This document shows, piece after piece, positions 39,274 to 48,453 of a DNA stretch of 64,000 nucleotides (position 1 is the stretch's first letter; every line of letters starts with the position of its first letter). The notes beneath the pieces are model-generated. The model worked only from the letters and a program-made list of their open reading frames with translations. It had not been told where the DNA came from and did no database searches. The DNA comes from Clostridium sp. CAG:354_28_25 (GTDB taxonomy: Bacteria > Bacillota > Clostridia > TANB77 > CAG-508): NCBI GenBank assembly GCA_001915925.1, contig MNRL01000009.1, positions 8,319 through 72,318 on the forward strand, in the 5' to 3' direction. The translations under genes and the position numbers were made by a program.

Positions 39274-39507
39274 TTACTGAAGAATCCATAGTGCTGTTGG
39301 CACTATATAATACAAGCCATTGGCAGTTTCGACAACATACCACCCGATTGCTTCTAAGTCTTCGCGGTTTGATTTATATAGTGAACCTTTTGCGATTGGA
39401 AGATATAGAACGTTCTTCCACATTTCAGCATTCGAAAGTTTTTCCTTATTAGAAAGGATTGTTTGTTCAATTACTTTCCACTGAATTCTTCTTTTTTTGC
39501 CAAACAT
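39274..39507 (-). CDS. hypothetical small protein (77 aa) in a raised-GC island
   Basis: AAGGAGGA RBS. The sample 39281-39340 is 24/60 G+C. Hairpin aacagggtagaacctgtt downstream. Confidence 0.5.
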   Translation of the reverse strand: MFGKKRRIQWKVIEQTILSNKEKLSNAEMWKNVLYLPIAKGSLYKSNREDLEAIGWYVVETANGLYYIVPTALWILQ

Positions 39508-39687
39508 ATTATGTCCTCCTTGTACTCTTTCTGGGAGTACCTTCGTCTTTTGTATACAAGCCTTAAGTTTATATTTATTCTTCCTTCCAATTTTTTGGAG
39601 TACTTACCATTTCTGGCGATAAATATAATACTTGCAAAAAACACTTGTTACATATTAATTATACAACATTATGTAAAATACCGCAAA

Positions 39688-40272
39688 TTACTTATTACTG
39701 ATATGTATATTCTCTATTTCTGCATTCATTTCTCTTGCAATGATATTTTGTATCTGAGCTATAGTATCTTGTTCTAATGTATCAGCTTTTACTATTACAT
39801 TTATACTTTTATCATTTACAAAAATAACAACATCACTAATTCCTTTGGTTTTTATTAAATTTTCACAAATCATAATACTATTCTGCATATTATTAATTTC
39901 TGTAATCTCTTGCGTTGCTACAGTCTTTTGCTCTTCACTCACATTTTGATTGTCCAATAAATTTTGATAACTTTCTATCATTTGTGAATACATAGTATCT
40001 CTACCTAACCTAGAACTTGCAAAATAATCATCAGTTTTAGAAGAGGAACTACTACTAGTTGTAATACTCACTTCATTTAAACTATTAGAATCTATAATGT
40101 TATTACTAGAAACTAACCTAGCATCTCCGATACTAGATACCTCATTTTCTGAAACAATGTTACTAGAAACAGGGGTTCCTTTCATACTATAACTTAAATA
40201 TCCTGCTGACACTAGCATTAATGCTACAACAAATAAAATAATTTGATTACTCTTAATATTTTTTAAATTCAT
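39688..40272 (-). CDS. spoIIIAH: stage III sporulation protein AH
   Basis: N-terminal TM segment and a YscJ/FliF-like C-terminal domain (DVVIFVNDKSINVIVKAD). Last gene of the operon. Confidence 0.85.
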   Translation of the reverse strand: MNLKNIKSNQIILFVVALMLVSAGYLSYSMKGTPVSSNIVSENEVSSIGDARLVSSNNIIDSNSLNEVSITTSSSSSSKTDDYFASSRLGRDTMYSQMIESYQNLLDNQNVSEEQKTVATQEITEINNMQNSIMICENLIKTKGISDVVIFVNDKSINVIVKADTLEQDTIAQIQNIIAREMNAEIENIHISNK

Positions 40273-40290
40273 AATTTTCTCTCCTTTTAT

Positions 40291-40899
40291 TTATTTTGAC
40301 ATTTGGAAAACTTGTATTTTATGTGATGCAAGTCCCGTAGCTGCTGATACTGCTTGTATGATATTTTCCTTAACATTTGCATCTCCCGCACCCTCTGCAG
40401 TTATTATTGTTCCTTCTATTTTTGGCATAATAGTCTTTTGTGTAATTGGTGTTTTCTCTCCATTATCTTCCTGAAATATGACATCTCTTTGAATATCATT
40501 TTCTGTTATAACCCTAGTACCACCAGATTCATCTTGTTCTTCTGTAGATGTTTCTTTTATGTTCTCGTTATACATTGCAACTATTTCTGTACTTTCACAA
40601 TAGTTAATTAATACATCTACCTTTCCAACACCATTAATTTTTGCTAATATCCCTTCTAATCTTTCTTCTAAACTATTATTAGTTACTTGTGTTGTTTCTG
40701 CTACTGTCGTGTTATTTGCTGTATTACTATCTTTACTTGTTTCTTTTTTATCATCATCTGCCAAGATGGTATTAATTGCAATTACTGTTACTATTAATAT
40801 AAGTATTCCGACTACTAAATTTTCTACCTTTTTCTTACCAGTTTTATTATCGCTTTTAGTCATATTTTCTTTTAATTGATGTATTTTTTCTTTTAACAT
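40291..40899 (-). CDS. spoIIIAG: stage III sporulation protein AG
   Basis: TM segment, then VDVLINY...IEGTIITAEGAGDANVK...ATGLASHKIQV. Confidence 0.88.
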   Translation of the reverse strand: MLKEKIHQLKENMTKSDNKTGKKKVENLVVGILILIVTVIAINTILADDDKKETSKDSNTANNTTVAETTQVTNNSLEERLEGILAKINGVGKVDVLINYCESTEIVAMYNENIKETSTEEQDESGGTRVITENDIQRDVIFQEDNGEKTPITQKTIMPKIEGTIITAEGAGDANVKENIIQAVSAATGLASHKIQVFQMSK

Positions 40900-40912
40900 T
40901 CATACCACCTCC

Positions 40913-41506
40913 TTACTTTCCATTTATATAAATCTTTTCTTTTTCTATTTCATATTTTCCTGCCAAGACTTCTTTTAATTTATTTACTTCACCTGATGAT
41001 AAAGTGGATTCTTCTACATTAGATTCATCTGTACTATTACCTATCTCTACTTTGTTTACTTTCTTTATGTCTTTTTCAGTTTGCTTTTTAGTTACCTCAA
41101 TATCAATTTTGTATATTTTCGCTTCTTCATTTTCTACATTTATATCTGCTGTTATATTAATCTTCTTACTTTCGTACCCTTCATTATCTAATTCTGTCTT
41201 TATATCTGTTTTAATAGTATTTAAATACAAATTTTCTATACTTTGATTATTAATACTTGTAATTTCGTTTGCCCCTTGTACAGAATTTGAATTAAATAGA
41301 TCTTCATATTTACTAACATCAAGTTCAAAATTATTTCCGGTAACTTTTGTAATTATTGGAGAAATTATTGTAAATGTAATATAAACTCCCATAACAATCT
41401 TTATGTATTTTTTATTTTTACCTTCTGGCACAATCATCTCTAAGATAGTTACAATAATAACTGCAAGAATAATTCCTTGTGCCCAACTATTAAACCATGA
41501 AATCAT
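40913..41506 (-). CDS. spoIIIAF: stage III sporulation protein AF
   Basis: Two N-terminal TM segments with LEMIVPEGKNKKYIKIVMG. Position in the operon. Confidence 0.8.
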   Translation of the reverse strand: MISWFNSWAQGIILAVIIVTILEMIVPEGKNKKYIKIVMGVYITFTIISPIITKVTGNNFELDVSKYEDLFNSNSVQGANEITSINNQSIENLYLNTIKTDIKTELDNEGYESKKINITADINVENEEAKIYKIDIEVTKKQTEKDIKKVNKVEIGNSTDESNVEESTLSSGEVNKLKEVLAGKYEIEKEKIYINGK

Positions 41507-41514
41507 TTTAATAC

Positions 41515-42669
41515 CTACCTATACATTAGTCCTGTATTAGAAATATTAATAACTAAAGTTATTCCAATTATTAGCATTACACTTATCGAACACAGTATTG
41601 CTAGTAATATCTTAAATGTATCTGCCATTTGAGTTATTAATGATACAATTTTGGAATCTGCTATTGGCTCACATAAAGCTGCAGTAAGATGATATATTAT
41701 AGTTATAATTGCTAGTTTTAATATTGGTGTTATACATATAGCAATTACTACAATAACACCAACTATTCCTATAGCATTTTTTAAAATTGCTGAACATCCA
41801 ATTACTGTATCAACTGCATCTCCTAGTACTTTACCTACAACAGGAATAAAACTAGAAACTGCAGCTTTGGCTGTTTTAGCTGTTATACCATCTACACTAC
41901 TGCCTAAAGTTCCTTCTATTGACAAAACTCCTACAAATATTGTAAGTAATATTCCTATTACCCAAACTGAACTAGATTTTAAAAATTTTGATAATTTATC
42001 TATTTGAATTCTATCTGATATTTTTGAAACAATTGCAAGTGCTGTACCTACTAAGATTATTGGTATAATTATTGATTGAAATATATTTGAAATTAAATTT
42101 ATTATAAATAATATTATTGGCTGTACTAAATTTACCGACACAACACTTCCAGACGCAAGCATTAATGTCATTAGAAGAGGAAATAATAATTGGATAAAAG
42201 AAATCATATTTCCCACAGCTTCTTTTGTAAGTGTTATAATACTTGAAAAATTTGTCATTATTACTGTTGCAATTAAAATATATTGTACATAATATGTAAT
42301 TTGAGCTACACTTTTATTATTTAGATTATCACTTATACTTTTTAGTACACTATGTATTAATACAATTATTAATATACTTCCCATAACTTTTAACGCTTCT
42401 TTTATTTCTGTCCCAAGAAGAGGGAAAATATTTTTTAATAATTGATTTGTGTCTAACTCTCCTTTTATAGCATTATTCAACAATTCTTGTATGTCAATAT
42501 CTTTAAGAACATCGTTAGAATATTTGTTGGCCTCATCTATAAAATTAGAAATATTAAATGAATCCATTTGAGAATTTATAACTTCATCTTCTGTATCTGC
42601 TATAGAAATACTTGTACCAAAAATACAAATCAGAATAGCAAATATTGTTATTAGTTTTTTCATTAGCAA
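41515..42669 (-). CDS. spoIIIAE: stage III sporulation protein AE
   Basis: Signal peptide plus about 7 TM segments. DGITAKTAKAAVSSFIPVVG motif. Confidence 0.9.
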   Translation of the reverse strand: MLMKKLITIFAILICIFGTSISIADTEDEVINSQMDSFNISNFIDEANKYSNDVLKDIDIQELLNNAIKGELDTNQLLKNIFPLLGTEIKEALKVMGSILIIVLIHSVLKSISDNLNNKSVAQITYYVQYILIATVIMTNFSSIITLTKEAVGNMISFIQLLFPLLMTLMLASGSVVSVNLVQPIILFIINLISNIFQSIIIPIILVGTALAIVSKISDRIQIDKLSKFLKSSSVWVIGILLTIFVGVLSIEGTLGSSVDGITAKTAKAAVSSFIPVVGKVLGDAVDTVIGCSAILKNAIGIVGVIVVIAICITPILKLAIITIIYHLTAALCEPIADSKIVSLITQMADTFKILLAILCSISVMLIIGITLVINISNTGLMYR

Positions 42670-42675
42670 ACTCCT

Positions 42676-43062
42676 TTAAGGTAGAATTTGTACAACAGAT
42701 TCTACTAATGAAGATAGTATTGGAATAGAAAGTGAAATTATTATAACTTTTCCGCCCAAATCAACTTTATTAGCCAAAGCAGACTCTCCTAAATCCATAC
42801 ATATTTGAACTGCAAATTCTGCTAAAAAAGCTATTCCTGTAATTTTTAGAAGTATTTTTATAAAATCACTATTTAAATTTGCTTTAGTAGTTAATTCATT
42901 TATTAAATTAATTATTCCAGAGAGCTGCTCAAAAACCATAAAAAAGATAATTATGCCAGCAATAATAGAAACATAAATAGCAAATTCTGGTTTATACTGT
43001 TTTATTAAAGTTATTATAATTACTGCAACTATAGCAATTCCCACTATTTTTACAATATCCAT
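42676..43062 (-). CDS. spoIIIAD: stage III sporulation protein AD
   Basis: MDIVKIVGIAIVAVIIITLIKQYKPEFA, 128 aa, 4 TM segments. Confidence 0.9.
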   Translation of the reverse strand: MDIVKIVGIAIVAVIIITLIKQYKPEFAIYVSIIAGIIIFFMVFEQLSGIINLINELTTKANLNSDFIKILLKITGIAFLAEFAVQICMDLGESALANKVDLGGKVIIISLSIPILSSLVESVVQILP

Positions 43063-43073
43063 ATTAGCTCCTT

Positions 43074-43156
43074 TAGGGATTTTATAGGGATTTTTGGACG
43101 GTCCTTTTTTCCTTTTTTGTATAGAATAGAGCTTTAAGGATCGTCCCTAGTTCCCT
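43074..43156 (+). repeat. GC-rich intergenic repeat family, copy R5 (composite MITE-like form) between spoIIIAC and spoIIIAD
   Basis: tagggattttatagggatttttggacggtccttttttcc - ttttttgtatagaatagag - ctttaaggatcgtccctagttccct. Confidence 0.85.
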
Positions 43157-43165
43157 ACTATTTTT

Positions 43166-43360
43166 CTATAAGTTAAACATTGTTCTTACATTACTAAATA
43201 ATGAGCTTATTTCTTTTATTACCATTGTTAATACTATTATTAGACCTGCCAATGTTGTCATCATAGCTTGATCTTCTCTCCCTGCTCGTACTAAAACTTG
43301 GTATAAAACTGCTACCAAAATTCCTATTGCTGCTATTTTAAATAATAAATTTATATCCAT
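43166..43360 (-). CDS. spoIIIAC: stage III sporulation protein AC
   Basis: 64 aa: KIAAIGILVAVLYQVLVRAGREDQAMMTTLAGLIIVL. Confidence 0.9.
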   Translation of the reverse strand: MDINLLFKIAAIGILVAVLYQVLVRAGREDQAMMTTLAGLIIVLTMVIKEISSLFSNVRTMFNL

Positions 43361-43372
43361 ATTGCTCTCCCC

Positions 43373-43882
43373 TTATATAAAGATAATCATTATAGCAAGT
43401 CCAATTGTCGCTCCTAATGTTTTATATAATTTGGTGTTTTTAGTTTGTAAATTTGTTGCTTCTATTAGCTGTTCATCTATTAATTTGATTGTTAATTCTA
43501 TTTGCATAAGTTGTCCTTCTAAATCTGTTTTACCTAATAGCTTTGATAGTCCTTTAATGATAGTTATATCCTCATTTGTAAAGTTGTTGCTACTCTCATC
43601 AACTGCTTTTTCCCATGCATGTCCTGCATTTAAAGTTTCCATATATGTATGTGCTTTAATAAAAATATTAGCTATGTTTTCATTTAAATCTTTTGATATT
43701 TCTTTAAATAACTCTGGTAATGGTTCATATGTATATCTCATTTTTGTTATCGCTAAATTTAGAGCTTTTTTCATGTCTTGTAAATCAATTACTCTTAATT
43801 TATATTTATTTGCTTTCATAATTCCTAAAACTGTACACATGCCCATTACTGCTGTTAAAAGTATTATTTTAAAAATTTCCAT
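43373..43882 (-). CDS. spoIIIAB: stage III sporulation protein AB
   Basis: 169 aa with N- and C-terminal TM segments. Position between spoIIIAA and spoIIIAC. Confidence 0.85.
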   Translation of the reverse strand: MEIFKIILLTAVMGMCTVLGIMKANKYKLRVIDLQDMKKALNLAITKMRYTYEPLPELFKEISKDLNENIANIFIKAHTYMETLNAGHAWEKAVDESSNNFTNEDITIIKGLSKLLGKTDLEGQLMQIELTIKLIDEQLIEATNLQTKNTKLYKTLGATIGLAIMIIFI

Positions 43883-43935
43883 TTTTATCTTCCCCTATTA
43901 TATATATTCATAAAATTTCATTTTAGAACTAAAAT

Positions 43936-44865
43936 TTAAATTGTTACATACTCATTATTTATTTTATCTAGAGCATATACCGTTTTTACTTTTCCTTTAA
44001 TTGTTTTATCCAAAAAAATTATTCTTTCAAATATATGTTTGTCTATTATTTTTGATATTGCAGGATTTAATTGTAATTCTTTTAAACTTCCACCATGTGC
44101 AGTGAAAATTCCTTTAATTCCAGAACAAACTGCATAATTTATAGCTTCCACATCTTCGTCTTTACCTATTTCATCTGCAACAATTATTTCTGGAGACATT
44201 GATCTTATTAGCAGTTTCATACCAATACTTTTGTCCACGTTGTCCATAACGTCTGTTCTAACTCCAATATCATTCTGCGGAACACCTTTATATACTGCAG
44301 CAATCTCTCCTCTTTCATCTACAAGACTTATTGTTTTACCTTTAAAATTAATTTGATCTATTCCATCACTTAGCCTTCTTACTACATCTCTTAAAATTGT
44401 TGTTTTACCAGCTCCTGGTGATGATGCAATTAAAGTATTGTATATACTATTTTCTTCCATATTTATTATGTATCTTAAAATTTCATTACTAGCACCTATT
44501 ATTTGTCTAGCTATTCTAAAATTAAGATTTGAAATATAGTTTATATTACTTATCTTTCCATCAGTTTGTACTACACTCCCTGATATTCCTATTCTATGTC
44601 CACCTTTTATAGTAACAAATCCATTGCAAATCTGGTTTTGATATGTATATATTGAATTATCACAAATATGTTGAAGCGTTTCTAATATTTCATTTATTGA
44701 AACTGTTGTTTTTAATATCTCTTCACCTTTAGAATGTTTTATTATTATTGGTCTTTCTGTTCTTAATCTAATTTCTTCTATAACATAATTCGTTTGTTTA
44801 AAAACTTCTTCTAGGCTAGTACTTATTCTTCTTGGAAAATATCTTAAAATCTCGTTATATGTCAT
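43936..44865 (-). CDS. spoIIIAA: stage III sporulation protein AA (secretion-type ATPase)
   Basis: Walker A SPGAGKTT, Walker B IIVADEIG. 309 aa. Confidence 0.92.
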   Translation of the reverse strand: MTYNEILRYFPRRISTSLEEVFKQTNYVIEEIRLRTERPIIIKHSKGEEILKTTVSINEILETLQHICDNSIYTYQNQICNGFVTIKGGHRIGISGSVVQTDGKISNINYISNLNFRIARQIIGASNEILRYIINMEENSIYNTLIASSPGAGKTTILRDVVRRLSDGIDQINFKGKTISLVDERGEIAAVYKGVPQNDIGVRTDVMDNVDKSIGMKLLIRSMSPEIIVADEIGKDEDVEAINYAVCSGIKGIFTAHGGSLKELQLNPAISKIIDKHIFERIIFLDKTIKGKVKTVYALDKINNEYVTI

Positions 44866-44923
44866 TACCTTGTCCTTTCCATATCTATGCTTTTCATATT
44901 CGAAAACTTAATAATAGAACATG

Positions 44924-44957
44924 AAAAAAGCACATATATTAAATATATATGTGCTTT
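44924..44957 (-). terminator. terminator of the YebC-family gene
   Basis: 13-bp stem aaagcacatatat / atatatgtgcttt followed by a T-run on the minus strand. Confidence 0.8.
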
Positions 44958-45051
44958 ATATATAAATTATTACTATTTTTTAAATTATTGCATATGAAAA
45001 ATTGCCAAATTCTTCATATGCATTATCTGTGTGATTGTAAAGTAATTGTTA

Positions 45052-45777
45052 TTATTGTTCCCAGTTATGGTATACGTTCATAACATCATCTAAATCTTCT
45101 AGATTATCTATTAATCTTTGCATTTTTTCTCCGTCTGCTTCACTTAAAGAAACATATGTAGTTGGAACCATTTGTACTTCTGCTTCTACAAATTCTAATC
45201 CAGCTTCTTCTAGTGCATCTCTTACACTTGAGAAATCAGAAGGATCTGTTGTTATTTCATAACAATTTTCATCTGAAGAAAAATCTTCTGCACCAGCATC
45301 TAATGCTAGCATCATTAAATCATCTTCTTCCATGTTTGTGCTTTCTTTATCTATAACAATAATTCCTTTTTTGTTAAATAAATATGATACGCAACCTGTT
45401 GTTCCTAAATTTCCACCAGCTTTATCAAATACGTGTCTTACATCTGCTGCTGTTCTATTTCTATTATCTGTACTAGCTTCTACTATAACTGCAACACCAT
45501 TTGTTCCATATCCTTCGTATGTAATTTCTTCGTAATTTGAAGTATCTGTTGCTCCAGAAGCTTTTTTAATAGCATTATTTATTGTATCATTAGGCATGTT
45601 ATTTGCCTTACATTTTGAAATTACATCTTTTAATTTGGAATTACCTGCCGGGTCAGGTCCACCTTGTTTTACTGCGATTAATATTTCTCTCCCTAATTTT
45701 GTAAATATTTTTCCTCTTGCTGCATCAGCTTTTCCTTTTTTGGCTTGTATATTGTGCCATTTACTGTGTCCTGACAT
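45052..45777 (-). CDS. YebC/PmpR family DNA-binding transcriptional regulator
   Basis: [28 protein letters not shown] signature. 241 aa. Confidence 0.95.
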   Translation of the reverse strand: MSGHSKWHNIQAKKGKADAARGKIFTKLGREILIAVKQGGPDPAGNSKLKDVISKCKANNMPNDTINNAIKKASGATDTSNYEEITYEGYGTNGVAVIVEASTDNRNRTAADVRHVFDKAGGNLGTTGCVSYLFNKKGIIVIDKESTNMEEDDLMMLALDAGAEDFSSDENCYEITTDPSDFSSVRDALEEAGLEFVEAEVQMVPTTYVSLSEADGEKMQRLIDNLEDLDDVMNVYHNWEQ

Positions 45778-45983
45778 TGTTAATTCCTCCTCTTTCTTAT
45801 TTTTTATAAATTTTATCTACATCGAAAAAAACATATTTCGCATGTAGATTAATTTTACGGTAATTATTGTAACATATTTTTTATCATTTGTGTAGTGGTT
45901 TTGAATATTTTTATATTACATAAGTCTTTTCTCTTATACTTATAATCTTTTAAAGGAAAGCCTTAAATTTGCTAAATATTACA

Positions 45984-46629
45984 TTATTTTCTGTTCAATC
46001 TATTAATTCCTTTTAATTCATCTTTAAATTCATTCATACATATATCATCACCTACAACATATGATAGGTGATGAACTTCAATTATGTCTTTATTAAGATT
46101 TTTATTGCATTTTTTATATACCATATTAATAATTCTTTTTAAGCCAATTCCACAACATATTATTAGTTCTGGATTAATTATTTCAATTTCCTGCACGATG
46201 TTATCACTAAATTGCATAGCATAAGTATTTAGAATTGTCATATCAGTATAAGAAAAACCTCCTCTTTTATTAATGTTCATAAATGTAATATCATTTATAT
46301 TCGTTCTTAATACTTCCTCTTGCATCTTTTTTATTCTTCTAGGAAATATTGAATTCTTAGACATATTTTTCTTTAAATATGTATATTCTTTGGTTTCTGC
46401 ATCTTTAATTATACTATTTATTGTTATATTCATGACTCTCTTTAGCAATATATAGTATAGTATTTTCTTTAATTTTATTAGATACACAAAAAACATCACT
46501 TATGAAATTCTCTTTCGGAATATACTTTCCCTTAATATTAGGTGTATCATATTCATATAGTGTATCTTTTTTATGATCTTCTTTCCATTTTTCAAATAAT
46601 TCGTTAAGTTTAATTTCTAAATTATTCAT
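45984..46629 (-). pseudogene. hypothetical protein split into two overlapping ORFs (71 aa and 171 aa). This is either a frameshift or two overlapping genes.
   Basis: ORFs 46414-46629 and 45984-46499 overlap by 86 nt in different frames. The upstream ORF ends ...TILYIAKESHEYNNK and the downstream frame continues NSIIKDAETKEY...NINKRGGFS...PELIICCG. Confidence 0.4.
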
Positions 46630-46644
46630 ATAGCTCTCCTTTTG

Positions 46645-47297
46645 CTATTTATGTTCATTTTTTAATAAATCAATTACATCAGTTAAAGAATTTAATTTTG
46701 CATATAGCATATCTTCTACTTCTTTAGTTGGTTCTTGTAAATCTGGAATCATAACTGCTCTCATTCCAGCTCTACAAATTGATAAAACGCCATTAATACT
46801 ATCTTCGAGCCCTATACACTCTTCGATAGGTAGATTTAGTAATTCAGCTGATTTTAGATATATTTCTGGGGCAGGCTTGCCTTTCGTAACCATTTCTCCA
46901 CTTAAGATTACTTCAAAATCTTTTATAACATTTAGCTTGTCTAAATATGTCCTAATGTTTTTTTCTTCTGAAGAACTTGCAACTGCCATCCTGTAATTAT
47001 TATTTTTTAAGAAATCTAAAAGCTCAATAAGTCCATCTTTAGTCTCTATCCCATTTTTTGAAATTTCTTTTGCTATAAATTCTTCCCTTATCTTAAATAA
47101 TTTTTCAAAATTCATTTTATTAAATCTTTTACCTAAATATGATTCAATGTATTTATTAGTAGTTCCTCTTATTTCTGAAATAATTTCATCTGTAATTGTT
47201 ATTCCTAAGCATTTCCCAGCATATTTCCATCCATTTTCTTTTATTCTTTCTGTGTCAAGCATTGTACCGTCCATATCGAAGATTACAGCTTAATCAT
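46645..47297 (-). pseudogene. HAD-superfamily hydrolase (beta-phosphoglucomutase-like) with a 1-nt frameshift directly after the start codon (or a sequencing error)
   Basis: An upstream ATG (47297-47295, with an AGAGGG RBS) gives MIKL-stop. The conserved AVIFDMDGT, including the nucleophile Asp, is in the frame of the tracked ORF but upstream of its first Met. Confidence 0.75.
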
Positions 47298-47326
47298 ATA
47301 ATTCATCCCTCTTTCATATTTAACTG

Positions 47327-47674
47327 CTATGGTTTTCTAATAATTATACTTTTAAAAAATCTCTCTTGAAATTCTGTTAAAGCTCTTATTGCGTCATCGG
47401 AATAATCTTTACCTTCTGAAGTTAAAATTAATTTATCATCATTATCATTCAATCTATGTATGACAGCTATACATTTTCCTTTAAAAGTTTTAACAGGTTC
47501 AAATACACCTAATATATAGCAATCAAGCTCTTTACCATCTCCACTAACTGTATTAGGAATATATCCATAATTAATAGGATATATTGATTCTGGAAATTTA
47601 GGATGTTCTGTTCCCATAGGTCTATCTATCTCTGCTTCCAGTATTTTACCAATGTATTCTTTTGAATTATCCAT
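47327..47674 (-). CDS. small inorganic-pyrophosphatase-like protein (115 aa)
   Basis: IDRPMGTEHP...YPINYGYIPNTVSGDGKELDCYILG...IHRLNDNDDKL pattern. The family name is from memory. Confidence 0.5.
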   Translation of the reverse strand: MDNSKEYIGKILEAEIDRPMGTEHPKFPESIYPINYGYIPNTVSGDGKELDCYILGVFEPVKTFKGKCIAVIHRLNDNDDKLILTSEGKDYSDDAIRALTEFQERFFKSIIIRKP

Positions 47675-47686
47675 TCTAATCTCCTC

Positions 47687-48322
47687 CTATTCATTAATAA
47701 ATTTTTCTACACTATTGCGTATTTTGTCTAGTTCATAACCATATGCATTACAAGTATTCCAGCCTCTTTCTTTAGCAGGTTCCAGATTTTTTTGAACATC
47801 ATCTATAAATAAGATATTATTTGGACTTATATTACAATCTTTTTCTACAATTTTATAAACTTTTTCATTAGGCTTACTACATTTAAGTTCACATGATAAC
47901 CATACATAATCAAAAACTTTTAAATCAACTTGCTTATCTAATCTTGCTATATCCACTTTACCTAAATTAGATAATATTCCTATTTTACATTTTGATTTTA
48001 AACTATGTGCATATTCTACAACGTCTTTATAATATTCTATACGATTAAATTCTTCTTCGTAAAATTTATAAAAGTCATCTTCACTGCATTGTAGATTAAA
48101 TTCATTTCTTATTTTGTCAAACCATGTATTTTCTTTATTTCCTTCTTCTACTTTCCTTGTGCACACATCAAAATATCTTTCTATTAAGTTATTCTCATTT
48201 ACTTTATTGTTAAAATGTTTTATAAAATTTGTTATAGCTGTATTTAAAGAATATTCTCCTTCTCTATGGCTTTCGATTACTCCTCCCCAATCAAATATTA
48301 CTATTTTATTTGCATTATACAT
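47687..48322 (-). CDS. HAD family hydrolase
   Basis: Motif I IVIFDWGGV. Motifs III/IV KPNEKVY...ILFIDDV. Confidence 0.8.
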   Translation of the reverse strand: MYNANKIVIFDWGGVIESHREGEYSLNTAITNFIKHFNNKVNENNLIERYFDVCTRKVEEGNKENTWFDKIRNEFNLQCSEDDFYKFYEEEFNRIEYYKDVVEYAHSLKSKCKIGILSNLGKVDIARLDKQVDLKVFDYVWLSCELKCSKPNEKVYKIVEKDCNISPNNILFIDDVQKNLEPAKERGWNTCNAYGYELDKIRNSVEKFINE

Positions 48323-48453
48323 AATAAAGCTCCTTTTCTCATCTTTTTGAATTTTATCATTAATTTATTTTGTTTTCTATATTTTTAGTACAAAAAAAGA
48401 TTGATTTATAAATAAATCAATCTTTTTATTAATTATAGATTTAAATAATATCT

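Noticed and set aside
39688-44865. The eight-gene membrane/ATPase cluster as a novel secretion system.
   Set aside because: It is the well-known spoIIIAA-AH feeding-tube operon of endospore formers, with every gene in canonical order. Only the inserted repeat between AC and AD is unusual, and that is reported separately.
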